A stretch of 34,331 bases of DNA from Proteromonas lacertae (taxonomy: Eukaryota): contig NGBS01000016.1 in NCBI GenBank assembly GCA_002245135.1, forward strand, positions 124,001 through 158,331, in the 5' to 3' direction. Under the pieces are notes generated by a model that was given only the letters and a program-made list of their open reading frames with translations, ran no database searches and had not been told where the DNA came from. Shown piece after piece: positions 11,289 to 23,599 of the stretch (positions are counted from its first letter, which is position 1; each line of letters opens with the position of its first letter). The translations under genes were made by a program, and so were the position numbers.

Positions 11289-12560
11289 ATGAGTGTTCAA
11301 GTACTTTTAGATTTACATTTACCTATATCATGTTATTCATGGAATGCAGATAAAACTCGTATAATATTTATTTATTGTTTTCATTAGAAATTGCTATTTG
11401 TCCAGGAAATAATGAGATATGGATATACCAAACCTCAAGTGGAACTGGTAAAGCTTCATGGAAGAAAACATACACATTAAATAAAGTATATTGAAGAATT
11501 TTTTTTATTTATACCTAGCACGAATCTCTTGTTACTGGGATAGATTGGAATGCTAATACCAACAAAATAGTAAGTTGTTCACATGATGCAAACGCCTTTG
11601 TTTGGAGTTTAGAGAATGGATCTTGGATTCCAGAAGCATCTAGATTAAAAATATCCAAAGGAGCAACACAAGTGAAATGGTCACCAGATGGTCATCGTTT
11701 TGCAGTAGCTTCCGTCTGCAAATGTATCTCATTTTGTGTATATGAGCCATTAACGCACTTATGGATTGGTAAAGTTATCAGTGAACAAATAAACACAGCT
11801 GTATTGTGTTTAGAATTCCATCCAACAGCTCATATTCTAGCAGTAGGCACAATGGATGGATTAGTATTGTTATATTCAACTTACACAAAGAAAGATCAAA
11901 GAAGATAGTGAATATAAACCTGGACCACTGAATGTACATAATGAGAAGTTAGGTACTTTATTGAAGACATTAAATTATACACCAAACGTATGGATCAATA
12001 GTATTAGTTGGAGTGGACAAGGAACACAGATATGTTACTCATCCCAAGATAGTTGTTTGAATATTTTATATTTTAGTAGTAATGATGATGAGCCATCTTA
12101 TTGGAAGATTAAATTACCAAGTTTATCTTGCTTAGCCACTTGCTTTTTGTCAGATTATGCAATTGCTTGTGCTGGGTATGATAATACTTGTTATTTGATT
12201 GGATTTGATGGTGAAGCATGGAATTATATACAACCATTTGAGACTGAACAAAAGAAATCAACTGATACTTCTAATACTGCTGGAGCAAGAGGATCGAGAT
12301 TACAGGCTAGTTTAAAGATGTTTGAGCAATTATCTCAATCTAAACAAGCATCATCTGCAGGAGGAGCTGCAAATACAGGCAATTCTTCGAATGATAATTC
12401 TTGGAAGACTCATAAGAATACTATAACATGTATTGAAGGGAAAACAATTGAAAAAGGCTCTTTTATTGAATTTTCTACAAGTGGATTGGATGGAAAAGTG
12501 TGTGTTTGGTCAACTCATTCGTTACCAAAGGATGTTCAAACAAAATTTTATATTGATTAA
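11289..12560 (+). CDS. ARPC1: Arp2/3 complex subunit 1 (WD40); one apparent +1 frame break near 11890-11908
   Basis: [72 protein letters not shown]; two short introns near the 5' end. Confidence 0.9.
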
Positions 12561-12677
12561 AATTTATATTCAAATGTGTATTTTTTTAGCTTTGTTTGTG
12601 AGATATTTCAATTAATGCAAAATAGATATGCAGTTAAATAGGAATTAAAGTATACTTTTTTTTCTTCTTGTTTTTCA

Positions 12678-13813
12678 ATGTCTTCTGGTATTTATTTTAA
12701 TTAAATAATCCTTTTAGGTTTTTGGGATATTATTGGAACAATAAAAGCCAAGACTACAGAAGTACTTCACGTTTTAGATCAAGATTTAAACGATTTCACA
12801 CAGACAATTGCTGGAGATACTAAAGAATTTGTTAAAAAGATCCAAGTGAAAGATGAAAAAGATAATATTGAACCGACTAGTATGTCACACAAGTATTTGC
12901 TTATATTTCTTATTTGTAATAGATCTGTTCTTGATTATCGAATTATGGAACTAAATAGTACAATATTAACAATTACAACAGATCCAGAAGATGAAGGATA
13001 TAGTAGTTTTAAAAGTACATTCAATTTAAAAGCCAATCAAGAATTGATTGATACTCTACTGTGTAAATACTCTGAATTAGCACAAATGCATTCAGAATAT
13101 GTTCCTAAATCACTCGATGAAAATGTATTTTGGTGTAGATATTTATTCAGATATAATGAGGTAATGAAAGAAGACCAAAAACGTCGAGAAGCATTACAGA
13201 ATGTACTACAAAATGCAGAAGTTGAAGAGAAACTAACTTGGGATGATGAAGAAGAAGAATCAACCAATCAAAATCAACAACAACAACAAGAACAGAATAA
13301 AGAAAATCCATTACAAAATGAAGGTGGAAAAAGAAAAAGAGAATGTAATTGCTAATAGTGACGGTATTAGCAACAATGAAGATGATATTCCTCTATTATC
13401 ACCAACACCATCATTCCACTCCTCCACCTTCAACAATAGAAATAACAACAACAACTACAACAACCATAATTACTGACAATATTCATTCTGATATAATAGA
13501 TACATCCTCTCCTCAAAATAACAATGCTACTGATAAGAGAATTAATGAGTTAATAACTGATGGTAATAATAACATCATATCTCCAATTCAACCAAATGAT
13601 TCTGAAAAGAATCTCATTATTTCTACTCCAATAAAATCACCTGAAGAGCCTCTCAGTAATAATACTGAAACCATACCTGAACCACCATCTGTTCAAGCAA
13701 ATACTGAACAATCAGCCAAAATCCCACCTGCTACTCCTCATACTGCTAATTCTAGTAATATTCAAGCCAACAACAATAATAATGATGATGATGATTGGGC
13801 TGATTGGGATTAA
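12678..13813 (+). CDS. BSD-domain protein; two apparent +1 frame breaks in the low-complexity tail
   Basis: LAQMHSEYVPKSLDENVFWCRYLFR BSD motif, LTWDDEEE, C-terminal DDWADWD; two ~30-nt introns. Confidence 0.85.
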
Positions 13814-13924
13814 AGAAAAATACATTAAATAATTTATTTTGTTTTTTTATATGTTATTATTTATATAAGATGTCATAACAAAACAATCAATTCAAATACA
13901 ATAAATTAATAATTAAAGATACAA

Positions 13925-15150
13925 TCATATAAATAATGGTGATAAATCATCAAAATTCAACATCGTATTCATAGGTGATTCTTTCCCAATATCATAACTA
14001 GAATCAGATGGCAATGGTGTAACTCTATCACTCACTACAGACAATGGAGTAAGTGAAGAATATTCATTATCTTTACTGTTTGAAATAATATTTCCATAAT
14101 CAATAATATTATTATTATTGTTAGTTTCATCGTTTATTATATCATTATTATATACTTCTACTTCTACTTCTTCTCCTTCTTCAACAGGAGTAGGAGGCGG
14201 TGTAATAATAATTGGTAAAGAATCAGATGAATTACTATTATCATTATTATTAATTAAATATTTCATCTTTCTTTTTCTATTTTCTACATTCTTTCTAGTA
14301 TATTCATATATTTTACTCATATTGATCGTTTGATTCACAAAATCTTGACAATTGAAAAACAATATAAATCCATCAGAATGAGTTTTCTTCACACTTTGTG
14401 AAGGATTATAACCAATTGAACATTTCTGATATAATCCTATCACTCTCAATATTCCAATAACATCATATAATCTTCGTTCAACATTTTTAACATTAAAATA
14501 TATCCCCTTTCTGTATAATCCTAAATGATTTCCATACTTTGTGATTATTGAGTTGATATATTGAGATGATTTGTGAAAGAATATTTTATGGTTTATTTGA
14601 TATTGATATGTATATTCTATTAATAATATAGTGTAAAGTGATAAAATGGAGGGTTCATCGTGGGTTGCTTTGTATTCTGCACTGAATATATAACTTACTG
14701 TTTCATTTGCTATATATATATAATATATATGAATACGATTCTTAATTCCTCTGATATCAGTCTATTTATATAGATATATATTATATCAGTATTATTTATA
14801 CATTGATGTTACTGTATTTTTGAATTGTTGGACCAATGTTCTTTAACCCTAACCATCGATAATCACCTCTACCTTGACGAAGTACTAATCCAATTGCATC
14901 AAACACATGTAGTACATCATATAATCTTCTTCTACTGGCATCTATACAAATTAACATTAGTATATACTTAATTCCAGTGCAATTTGTCCTGGAGTGAATA
15001 ATGGCTTGTCTGTAACCCTATATAAGCTTTCCATAGCTGCAATCAAACCAATACCTATCTCTGTAAGCGCGTTAATTGGACTAATACAAAAATAAGAGGA
15101 AATTTATAAAACCTGTAATTTTCTGTGGATATTAAACTATCATCTGACAT
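13925..15150 (-). CDS. Atypical E2F (E2F7/8, DEL-like) with two DNA-binding domains
   Basis: Two signatures: RRRLYDVLHVFDAIGLV..YRWLG (~14850-14935) and ERRLYDVIGILRVIGL (~14435-14480). Several short introns; internal exon boundaries only approximately resolved. Confidence 0.8.
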
Positions 15151-15262
15151 GGTTATCTTATTTTAAAGCAAATTAAATAAAGATAATGATGATTTTAAAA
15201 TGGGTTATTGTGATTAAGGATAAAAAAGAAATGATAGGTCAAAACGACTCTATTTTTTGTTG

Positions 15263-15273
15263 TTTTGGCGGGA
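15263..15273 (+). promoter_or_regulatory. E2F-binding-site match TTTTGGCGGGA
   Basis: A GC-rich motif in very AT-rich intergenic DNA, ~113 nt upstream of the E2F ATG; matches the TTTGGCGGGA-type E2F consensus. Confidence 0.55.
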
Positions 15274-15534
15274 TTTTGATTGTTCAAATTCTGATGGATT
15301 AATTGATGGATGCTTAGTTATTATATGAAATATATGATTGTTTATATCCAAATTGTAAATATGAAACAACAATTTATATTGATCAGAGTGAAAAATATGA
15401 TAATTGATTTTAATGAGCATATGGATGTAAGATACATTAAAACAACTAAATGAATAACAATAGAATAAAAATCAATCAAATAATTATGAAATTAACTCAA
15501 ACATAATCTAGGCTTGATTACTTTTTTCGAACTT

Positions 15535-16514
15535 ATGAGAATTTTTGCTATATCCGATGTCCATACAGACTATACACAGAACCTTGAATGGATTAAAGCG
15601 TTATCTTACTCGGACTATAAAAATGATGTGATTATTATCGCTGGTGACATATCTCAGCAAATTACACTCATAAAGTCAACACTAACCATTCTAAAATCAA
15701 AGTTCAAATATGTATTCTATTGTTCAGGAAATGTATGATATTATGATGAATAATTTCTTCATTTAATCTTCTAGCATGATGTATGGGTTAGAGATGAAAA
15801 TGAAGATTACACTTCCATTGATAAATTCAATGACATAATGAAATTATGTGAAGAAATAGAAGTTTATTCACATCCAAAGTAAATTCAATATTTTTGATAT
15901 TCTAAATAGATTAATTGATAATACAATATGGATTGTTCCACTGTATGCATGGTATGAGCCAAATTTCCGATCAGAAGATGGTGATATATTTTTGAAAGAG
16001 TTAAAAGGATGTGAATTAAATGGTTGGAGTGATTTTATGTTATGTAAATGGCCTAGTACCATATTAGATGGTAAAACACTGCCAAAACTAAATGGAGAAA
16101 GTTTAGAATTAAAATGTCATCTTAAAGCCAGTGTTGAAATAAATGATTTCTTTATTAATTATAATAAAGAATTTTTACCAACTGATTTTGAAAATAAACC
16201 AATCATTTCATTTTCTCATTTTTTACCACATTATGATTTATTACCACCAACAGAATTTCTTCATTTTAAACATTTATCACATGTCAGTGGTTCTATTAAG
16301 TTATTTAATATAATAAAAGAGATTAAACCTATTATTCATATATTTGGTCATTCTCATATTAATTATAATAAAAATATTGATGGAATTCAGTTTATCCAAG
16401 TATTATTATCTCATTTATTATCTATTTTTGTTATAGAGTCCATTGAAATATCCAACAGAAAGAAAAAGATGGGGTGAAATTGACTTTCAATTAAGACAAA
16501 TTCATTCTGTATAA
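15535..16514 (+). CDS. Calcineurin-like metallophosphoesterase
   Basis: SDVH, AGD, GN/HD (split by an intron), FSHFLP, GHSH motifs; three introns. Confidence 0.85.
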
Positions 16515-16629
16515 GTATAATAGTTCATGTTTTAAATGCTTTATTGTTTATTTATTAACAAGTACAACAATAAAAAAAAACATTATTACAAACAGAAAAA
16601 GTAATATATATTAAAAAACAAGGGAAAAT

Positions 16630-17233
16630 TTAAATCAATACTGTTTCATCTCTTAAATATTCACCAATATCAGCTTGATGTAATACAACTGTACCATTTG
16701 CAGCTAAACCTCTACAATTATCGGTTGTCTGTGCAGCTAGACCAAAGCCAAGAGGAACATTGTTTAAATTAAACACTACAACACCAGCATATTGTGGTGT
16801 GTTTTCTGTAATTTTGGCAAGTCCATTCTTTGTTACATGATTTCCATATAAGAAACTCATTTCATTGCTTGGCTTTATCCAAACCTTGTATTTAGCATGT
16901 TCTGCTATTTGATCAAGTGCAGTAATGTGAATTCTGAATTTTTTGTTTTGATTGAACTTACCTATTTTAACACCAAATGAAACTAAATGATCTCTTGAAA
17001 AATTACCAGCACGTTTTACTAAATCCTCTCTATTGAATATTACAACTACAAATGATCATACAACACATAATAAACTCTATCTTTGTGTAATCTAAAGCAA
17101 TATTTGCCATCTGCTCTATGTATCAATTGTTGAACATTATCTCCCATGCTATATAATAGATAACAATTTCAATATACTATTTAGATAATTTTTCAAACAT
17201 AGTTTTCATTTCATCATCAGTTAAAGGTCGCAT
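16630..17233 (-). CDS. NIP7: 60S ribosome biogenesis protein NIP7
   Basis: [50 protein letters not shown]; two introns. Confidence 0.95.
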
Positions 17234-17832
17234 TTTCAAAATGATTATAAACAAGCCTAAAAATAAGTTTGACTGTTCTTTTTATGGGAACAAAGGTTTC
17301 TAAAGTATTGGGAGCGTATTCAAGATTTTTAGATGCATATCCATTTGCTAGTAGAGCTATTACTGCATCTGTTTTGGCTGGTTGTGGTGATTTAATGTCA
17401 CAAGTATTTTTATTAATCATTTATTAAGTAGAAATTAATTGAAAGAAACAAAATACTAGATAAAAGAAGATCATTGTGCATGTTTACAATGGGTTTCTTT
17501 TTGATTGGACCTTGTCTTTATATTTGGTATTCGATGTTATACAAACTGATCCAAGGTCAATCAACGATGGTTGCTTTGAAAAGATTGTTTTTTGATCAAG
17601 TATTTTAATTACCTAAATTTTTTTTTATATTTATATTATATATGGATAGTTTGTATTTACTCCAGGATCAACTGTTGTATTTTTATCTGTTCCATATGCT
17701 TTGGAAGGAAAAGCTGATCAAGTTCCAACAATTCTCAAAGCAAACTACTTTACAACATTGGTATGTAATTGGTTTTTATGGATACCTGCTAATTTTATAA
17801 CGTTCAGATTTGTACCTCTCAAGTATTCAGTG

Positions 17833-20640
17833 CACTATGAGAATTTTCTAAGTGCTTTTTTTGTCTTTTTTGTTATTTATCTCAGCAACTAAAAGGAATT
17901 AGAAAATAAAAATTTCACAAATTGTGACTAATGTTATAAGGTCTATGAAAATATACTTAGTTACTATATTACCTGATTTAGGTAATTTTTTCATTTGTCA
18001 GTTTATTTAAATTAATTTTCTAGATATTACTAAATTACATCATATATTTTTGATTTTAATAATTATTAACTCAAAATTCTGTCTTTATCACTCAAAAAAT
18101 GAATTTAAAAAAACAAAAAAGTTCGTGAGATTTGAGTCAAAATTGGACATTTTTGAGCTTTTTAGCCGAAGGAGGAATCATATTTAAATGGCTTTATAAG
18201 ATTTTCCGGGAAATGGGATTTGCAAATTTTTAGTATGCTTATTTTTTGAATAGGAGGTGAATGGTATTTGAGTGGTAATTCCATATTTTCGTAATTTTAT
18301 TGGATTACAACATAATATATCAGGTATCTATTTTGTAGTAATAATATTTTTAACTAATTCATCCTAATTATGGAGATATTCCTAAAAGTACATAGAATCA
18401 ATAGGTGGTGTATATGGTTGTATAATATTATATAAACACAATAAATAAATATAAAATACTTAAAATTACTTCTACAGTACTTTAATTCACTTCATTCTCT
18501 TCTCTTCTCTTCTATACTGATAGTATCCTTTAAATACTGATTGTTACTGTTATAAGAATCATTAAATAGTTCCTTAATCTGATCTGAATAACATAGCTTC
18601 ATATCATTCACATTATATCTATCATACTGATTTTTCTTTAACATTCCATTTACACATCTTCTTAAATTATTACTATAACAAGATGGTAATTCCTTTATTT
18701 CTTTATACACTATTAACAATATAATATAATATACTAATTAAATATTCAATTTCTTTGTATTATTTGAAAGGTAAGTTAAATTTCATCATACAATATAATA
18801 CTACTCCTAATGACCAAATATCCACTGGATAATTATATTTCTCACTTCGTAATATCTCTGAAGTTAATAAATCACCAATTTTAGGGCTGTTTTTCTCATC
18901 TAGAAATATGTTAGAAGGTTTTAAATCTCTATGCATAATATAATATGATGATATACTTTTCTTTGAATTGATATATTCTATCAGTTGATCTAAATCACCA
19001 TTTGCTATACATTCCATTGCAATATTTAACCTCTACATAAAAACTAAAAAATATATATACTTTGTTCTACAAAAGTGTTGTAATAATGAAGGAAATTGGA
19101 ATGGATAAGTCTTCTTAATATTAATACTTCTTGAATTGCTTGTTTACGATTTGCTACGGTTAATATCTTCACTTTCCAAACAACTTCAAATACTCCATTT
19201 CCCATTTGACTAACAAAAGTTAAGCTTAAAATTATACAGCCAGGAATATAGACACCAGTTTGTAGTGGGCTGCAGATTGTGGTCTAAAAACATATATGAA
19301 ACAAACTACTCATACATTATTCTTTTAATCATAAATAGATTTTTGTTGTTATATATTACATGGTGTTAGGGTTAGCGTTCCATGTTACAATTACTATATC
19401 TCTGATTACTTTCTGACTAGTGAATGTGGATAAACTAATGTATTCAAAAATATTTAAATTACATCCTCTGTAAGTTGTTCCTGTGAAATAAGAATAGAAT
19501 TTACAAGATATCCTACATTCTATGTTAACAATGATGGTTTTCTACATATCTAAAAAATATATTAACAGTTATACATCCTCTACTTTTCTAACACATATAT
19601 TAATTAGTTATTGACATTAAAAATCTAGAAATTCTTAAAACTTCTAAAACATTATTAAGGCTAAATTACTAATATAAAGCTATATAAAATAAGCCTCATT
19701 TTCAATATACTCATAAATTATTATCTATCAATATACTACCATTTTATTTTCATGTTTCTCGTTTGACAGTATCGTAATTAACACCACTATATCTAATTAG
19801 CTTATGTTTTCGAATATTTATACTCACCAATCTAAACATAATTATTTATTAAATATATCTAATCTGCTGATTGAGGATTTTCTTTTTTTGTTTCTGTTTT
19901 ATGGTGATTTATGAATTTATATTCGTTACTGTAAATGACAATACACTTAAAATTTTGTATTTTTGTATTAACTATATCATGTTTTATCTCTGTATATACT
20001 ATTATTTTAAGTGAATTTATATAATCTACATAATTTATTTTAAACAATAAATAGATTCTTTTACATTTTATACTTATAACACCTCTTTCAATCTCTAATT
20101 TCTCTAATTTCACATAGAACAATAAAACAAAATATGCAAAACAATTAACACATGTTGATAACTAATAAAACCAATTAAGTGCATCCTTTTAATGAAATCG
20201 AAAATCTTCAAATTAAAAATTAATTGAACAACGCAATTTACAATTTATAAAGGTTTCGCACAATAGGTTAAAGTAAATGACATTATAAAAATATATGAAT
20301 CCTAAAGAGCAAAAGAATTGCTAATTAAACTGTGGATTGTTTATAGAATGTACTTTTTATAATAAAAATTCATTATAACTGTGTATCTTAGCAACTCTTA
20401 ATAGTTTTTATGGTTATATAACTTCTGATTAAAAAATGTCAAAAATTAATTTTTGTTATTTTATGCTCATTTGAAACTAGGACACGATATCAGTAAGTAT
20501 ACAAAATTTTATTTCCAAACTCAAACTACAACATAACGAAAAAACGAAAAGAAAATAGTATAAAAGTGAAAATTAGACAAGCCCGATTTGAGTCAAGTAT
20601 GTAAGTCCTATTTGCAAAATAGTTTTGAATTCTCATAGTG
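17833..20640. mobile_element. Non-autonomous CACTA (En/Spm, CMC superfamily) DNA transposon, 2808 bp
   Basis: Perfect 13-bp TIRs CACTATGAGAATT (17833-17845) / AATTCTCATAGTG (20628-20640). TG is duplicated at 17831-17832 and 20641-20642. Removing the element plus one TG restores the Mpv17 frame. No transposase recognised. Confidence 0.92.
18492..19204 (-). pseudogene. Decayed NEK-like Ser/Thr kinase carried inside the transposon
   Basis: MGNGVFEVVWKV, AIQEVLILRRLIHSN, HRDLKPSNIFLD, KIGD, DIWSLGVVLY, LPSCYSNNL. The VAIK region, helix E and activation loop are deleted, there is an in-frame TAA at 18760-18762, and short introns are retained (~19033-19060, ~18710-18734). Confidence 0.8.
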
Positions 20641-20827
20641 TGTTGTTTGTCAATTTTGTTTCACTTTTCTGGAATTCATTTGCTTCATGGAAAGCTCACG
20701 TAGTAAAGCAAAATTACAAAATAACTAATTTAGATGAATAATTATTTATTGTACCTTTTTTTTAATCCTTTTCATATTTTACATTTCACATAACCCCAAC
20801 AATTTTCAAACCCCCAAAATATATCTA

Positions 20828-21439
20828 ATGGGAAACGTGGCATCTGCTGCATTAAATGGATATTCACATCTATTAGATGTTCGACCATTATGCACTCGTG
20901 CCATAACAGCATCTTGCTTAGCGGGGTTTGGTGATTTTTTTTCTCAAGTAAGTTTTCTATGTATTATTGTAGAAATTAATCGAAAGAAATAAATCTTTTG
21001 ATAAAAGAAGATCATTTTGCATGTTTTTTATGGGTCTATTTTGCGTTGGTCCTTCATTGTATTATTGGTACAATTTCTTATATAAATTAATACCCGGTCA
21101 ATCAGCTAAAACAGCATTAAAACGATTAGTCTTTGATCAAGTATAATATCACATTTTCATTTCTTTAAATAGTTATTATACTCTCCATTTTCAACAGCAT
21201 TATTTTTAACAGTACCATACACTTTGGAAGGTAAGGCAAAAGAAGTTCCTAACATTTGGAGATCAAATTACGTTACTACATTATGTAGCAGCATCTGTAC
21301 ATGGACACCAGCCAATTTCATAACCTTCCGATTTATCCCACTAAAATACTCTGTGTTATTCGTTAACTGTGTTTCATTGTTCTGGAATTCATATGCTTCA
21401 TGGAAAGGACATGTAGTGAAAAGCAAGAAAACAACATGA
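20828..21439 (+). CDS. Mpv17/PMP22 family protein, copy 2 (intact)
   Basis: PLCTRAITASCLAGFGDFFSQ, KRLVFDQ, WTPANFITFRFIP, VNCVSLFWNSYAS; two introns at the same positions as in copy 1. Confidence 0.9.
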
Positions 21440-21507
21440 AAATAAAGTTATTGTTTTTTGTTTTTTGATAATAATTACTATTAATATATTACATTTTTTT
21501 TATAGAA

Positions 21508-22693
21508 TTAAATAGCTGATGTTAAATTAGGATTAAAATCTTCAAAAATCTTAAATTTATCATCGCCTTCATCACTTTCAATATTAATTTCTTCATTTTC
21601 AATATCTTCTGATGAACTATTAGCTGAAACTTTACTATTTATATTATAATAGTGATAATCCATATTATCTTCCAACTCAGGTATAAATGGAGCTTTTATT
21701 GATTGACATACGAATTCCTTAGGATCATAAGTGATAGAAGTAATAAAAGGATGTGATTTTATTCTATATAAACAATGTGCAATTCCTCCTAGTCGATTCA
21801 TAGGATTCAAATTAAACAATTGTTTTATTAAATCTTTTGCATTACTATTCATCGTTTTAGGTATTTGATATTTACAATTTAATATATTTTCATATAAATA
21901 TATTGGATCATCGTTTAGAAAAGGTGATATTCCTGTTAAACATTCATATATTAACACTCCTAAACTCCAATAATCACTCATTATATTATGACCGGTTAAT
22001 CGAATAATTTCAGGTGAAATATATTCTGGTGTTCCAACAAATGTATACGTTTTATTATCCGTTATTTCTTTAGCATAGTCAAAGTCTATTATTTTAATAT
22101 ATCCATTACTACTGATTAGTATATTTTCTGGTTTTAAATCTCTATAAACAATGTTTTTTGAATGGATTTTTGAGAAAAATTTGATTATTTGTAAGATATA
22201 AAAATGAGTTGTTTCTAAGGTTAAACCATGTGTTTTTCTGATTAGACTATATAATTCACCACCTGCTACATATTCTGACAGTAAATAGAGAGTTGAGGAA
22301 TCTTGCCAAAATGATATTAATTTGGTAATGGAGAGATGAGATACAGCTGTAAGGCATTTTAGTCCATTATATATTTGATTTATTAAATTATATTTTGATA
22401 AAGTATTCTTTGAAATACATTTAATTGCATAAGGCAGTTTTGTGACTTTATTTTTTAGCAGATATACTTTTGACAATGCACCAGATCCTAAATGTACTTA
22501 TAATAAGAATTGAAATACCTATATTAGTAATATATTCTAAATCATTTGGATTTACATGCTGCAATTGTGTGAATGTTCCTCGTGGTGATGCTTCTAAACT
22601 ACTTGATGTAGAAAACTATTGGTATGATGATCTATAAAAGAATTATACACTCTCACAGCTTTGTGTTGTTGATTTTTCCAAATTATTACTCAT
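21508..22693 (-). CDS. PKA catalytic subunit-like AGC kinase
   Basis: GSGALSKV, EYVAGGELY, YRDLKPEN, TYTFVGTPEYISPE, APFIPEL, C-terminal FEDF. DFG is replaced by DFD. The start at 22693 is inferred through two introns. Confidence 0.85.
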
Positions 22694-22856
22694 ATGCAAC
22701 TAAATTTACCCTCTTTATTCTTAATTGCACCAAATCCTTTTTGTGTCAAGAGTATAAAAAATCTTAATGACAAGCCTTCAAACTTATCTAACAGAATTAC
22801 AAAAAATAGAGTCGTTAACACTCATTCAATTTTAATTTAGTGTGATTAGAGTTGAC

Positions 22857-23432
22857 ATGGTCTCTTTACGTCTTCAAAAGAGGTACAAAAATATTATTTA
22901 TATTTTTATAGATTAGCTGCATCAGTTTTAAAGTGCGGTAAGAGAAAGATTTGGATGGATCCTAATGAAGTATCAGAAATTGAATTAGCCAATTCCAGAC
23001 ACAGCGTGAGAAAGTTAATTAAGGATGGTTTCATCTTCAGAAAGCCAGAAGTTGTTCATTCACGTGCTAGAGTTATTAAGAGAAATCTTGCCAAAGGTAA
23101 AGGTAGACACACTGGTTTCGGTAAAAGACATGGTACTTCAAATGCTCGTATGCCAGAAAAGGTCTTATGGATGAGAAGAATCAGAGTGTTAAGAAGATTA
23201 TTAAGAAAATACAGAGAAGCTGGTAAAATCGACAAACATTTATACCATACACTCTACTTATTATCCAAGGGTAACAGATTCAAGACAAAGAGAGTTTTAA
23301 TTGAAACTATTCACAAAATGAAGGCTGAACAAACTGCTCAAAAGACTATAATTGAAGAAGCATTAGCTCGTAAAGCAAAAGCTCAAGGAAAGAAAGTATT
23401 TTTTTATTTATCATATTCTTTTATAGGAATAA
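22857..23432 (+). CDS. RPL19: 60S ribosomal protein eL19 (171 aa)
   Basis: [28 protein letters not shown]...; introns 22883-22911 and 23396-23426; last exon GAA TAA. Confidence 0.97.
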
Positions 23433-23599
23433 AAATGGCAGTCATGATCTCATTAATGAAATTAACTCTATATCACTCATTTGAATTATTTTTATGATTG
23501 AGGGGGTTTGTTAAATAATTGTGTTTCAAGAAATTGACAAACATATCCGTTTCAAAATTACATATAAACTTGGCTTGATTTTCATTTTAATTGTGTATC

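Larger units (their letters stand above)
17284..20741 (+). pseudogene. Mpv17/PMP22 family gene, copy 1, interrupted by a transposon (5' part 17284-17832, 3' part 20643-20741)
   Basis: Colinear with copy 2 up to FVPLKYSV (17832). The missing C-terminus LFVNFVSLFWNSFASWKAHVVK...* resumes intact at 20643. Confidence 0.9.

Noticed and set aside
11908..11952. An intron explaining the ARPC1 frame break
   Set aside because: The GT..AG pairs tested recreate a stop, and the segment aligns as coding sequence.
18203..18213. Near-palindrome TTTCCGGGAAA (STAT-like site) in the element
   Set aside because: Single occurrence with no supporting context.
19859..20122. 87-aa ORF inside the transposon as a possible transposase remnant
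   Set aside because: No DDE or CMC transposase motif recognisable.
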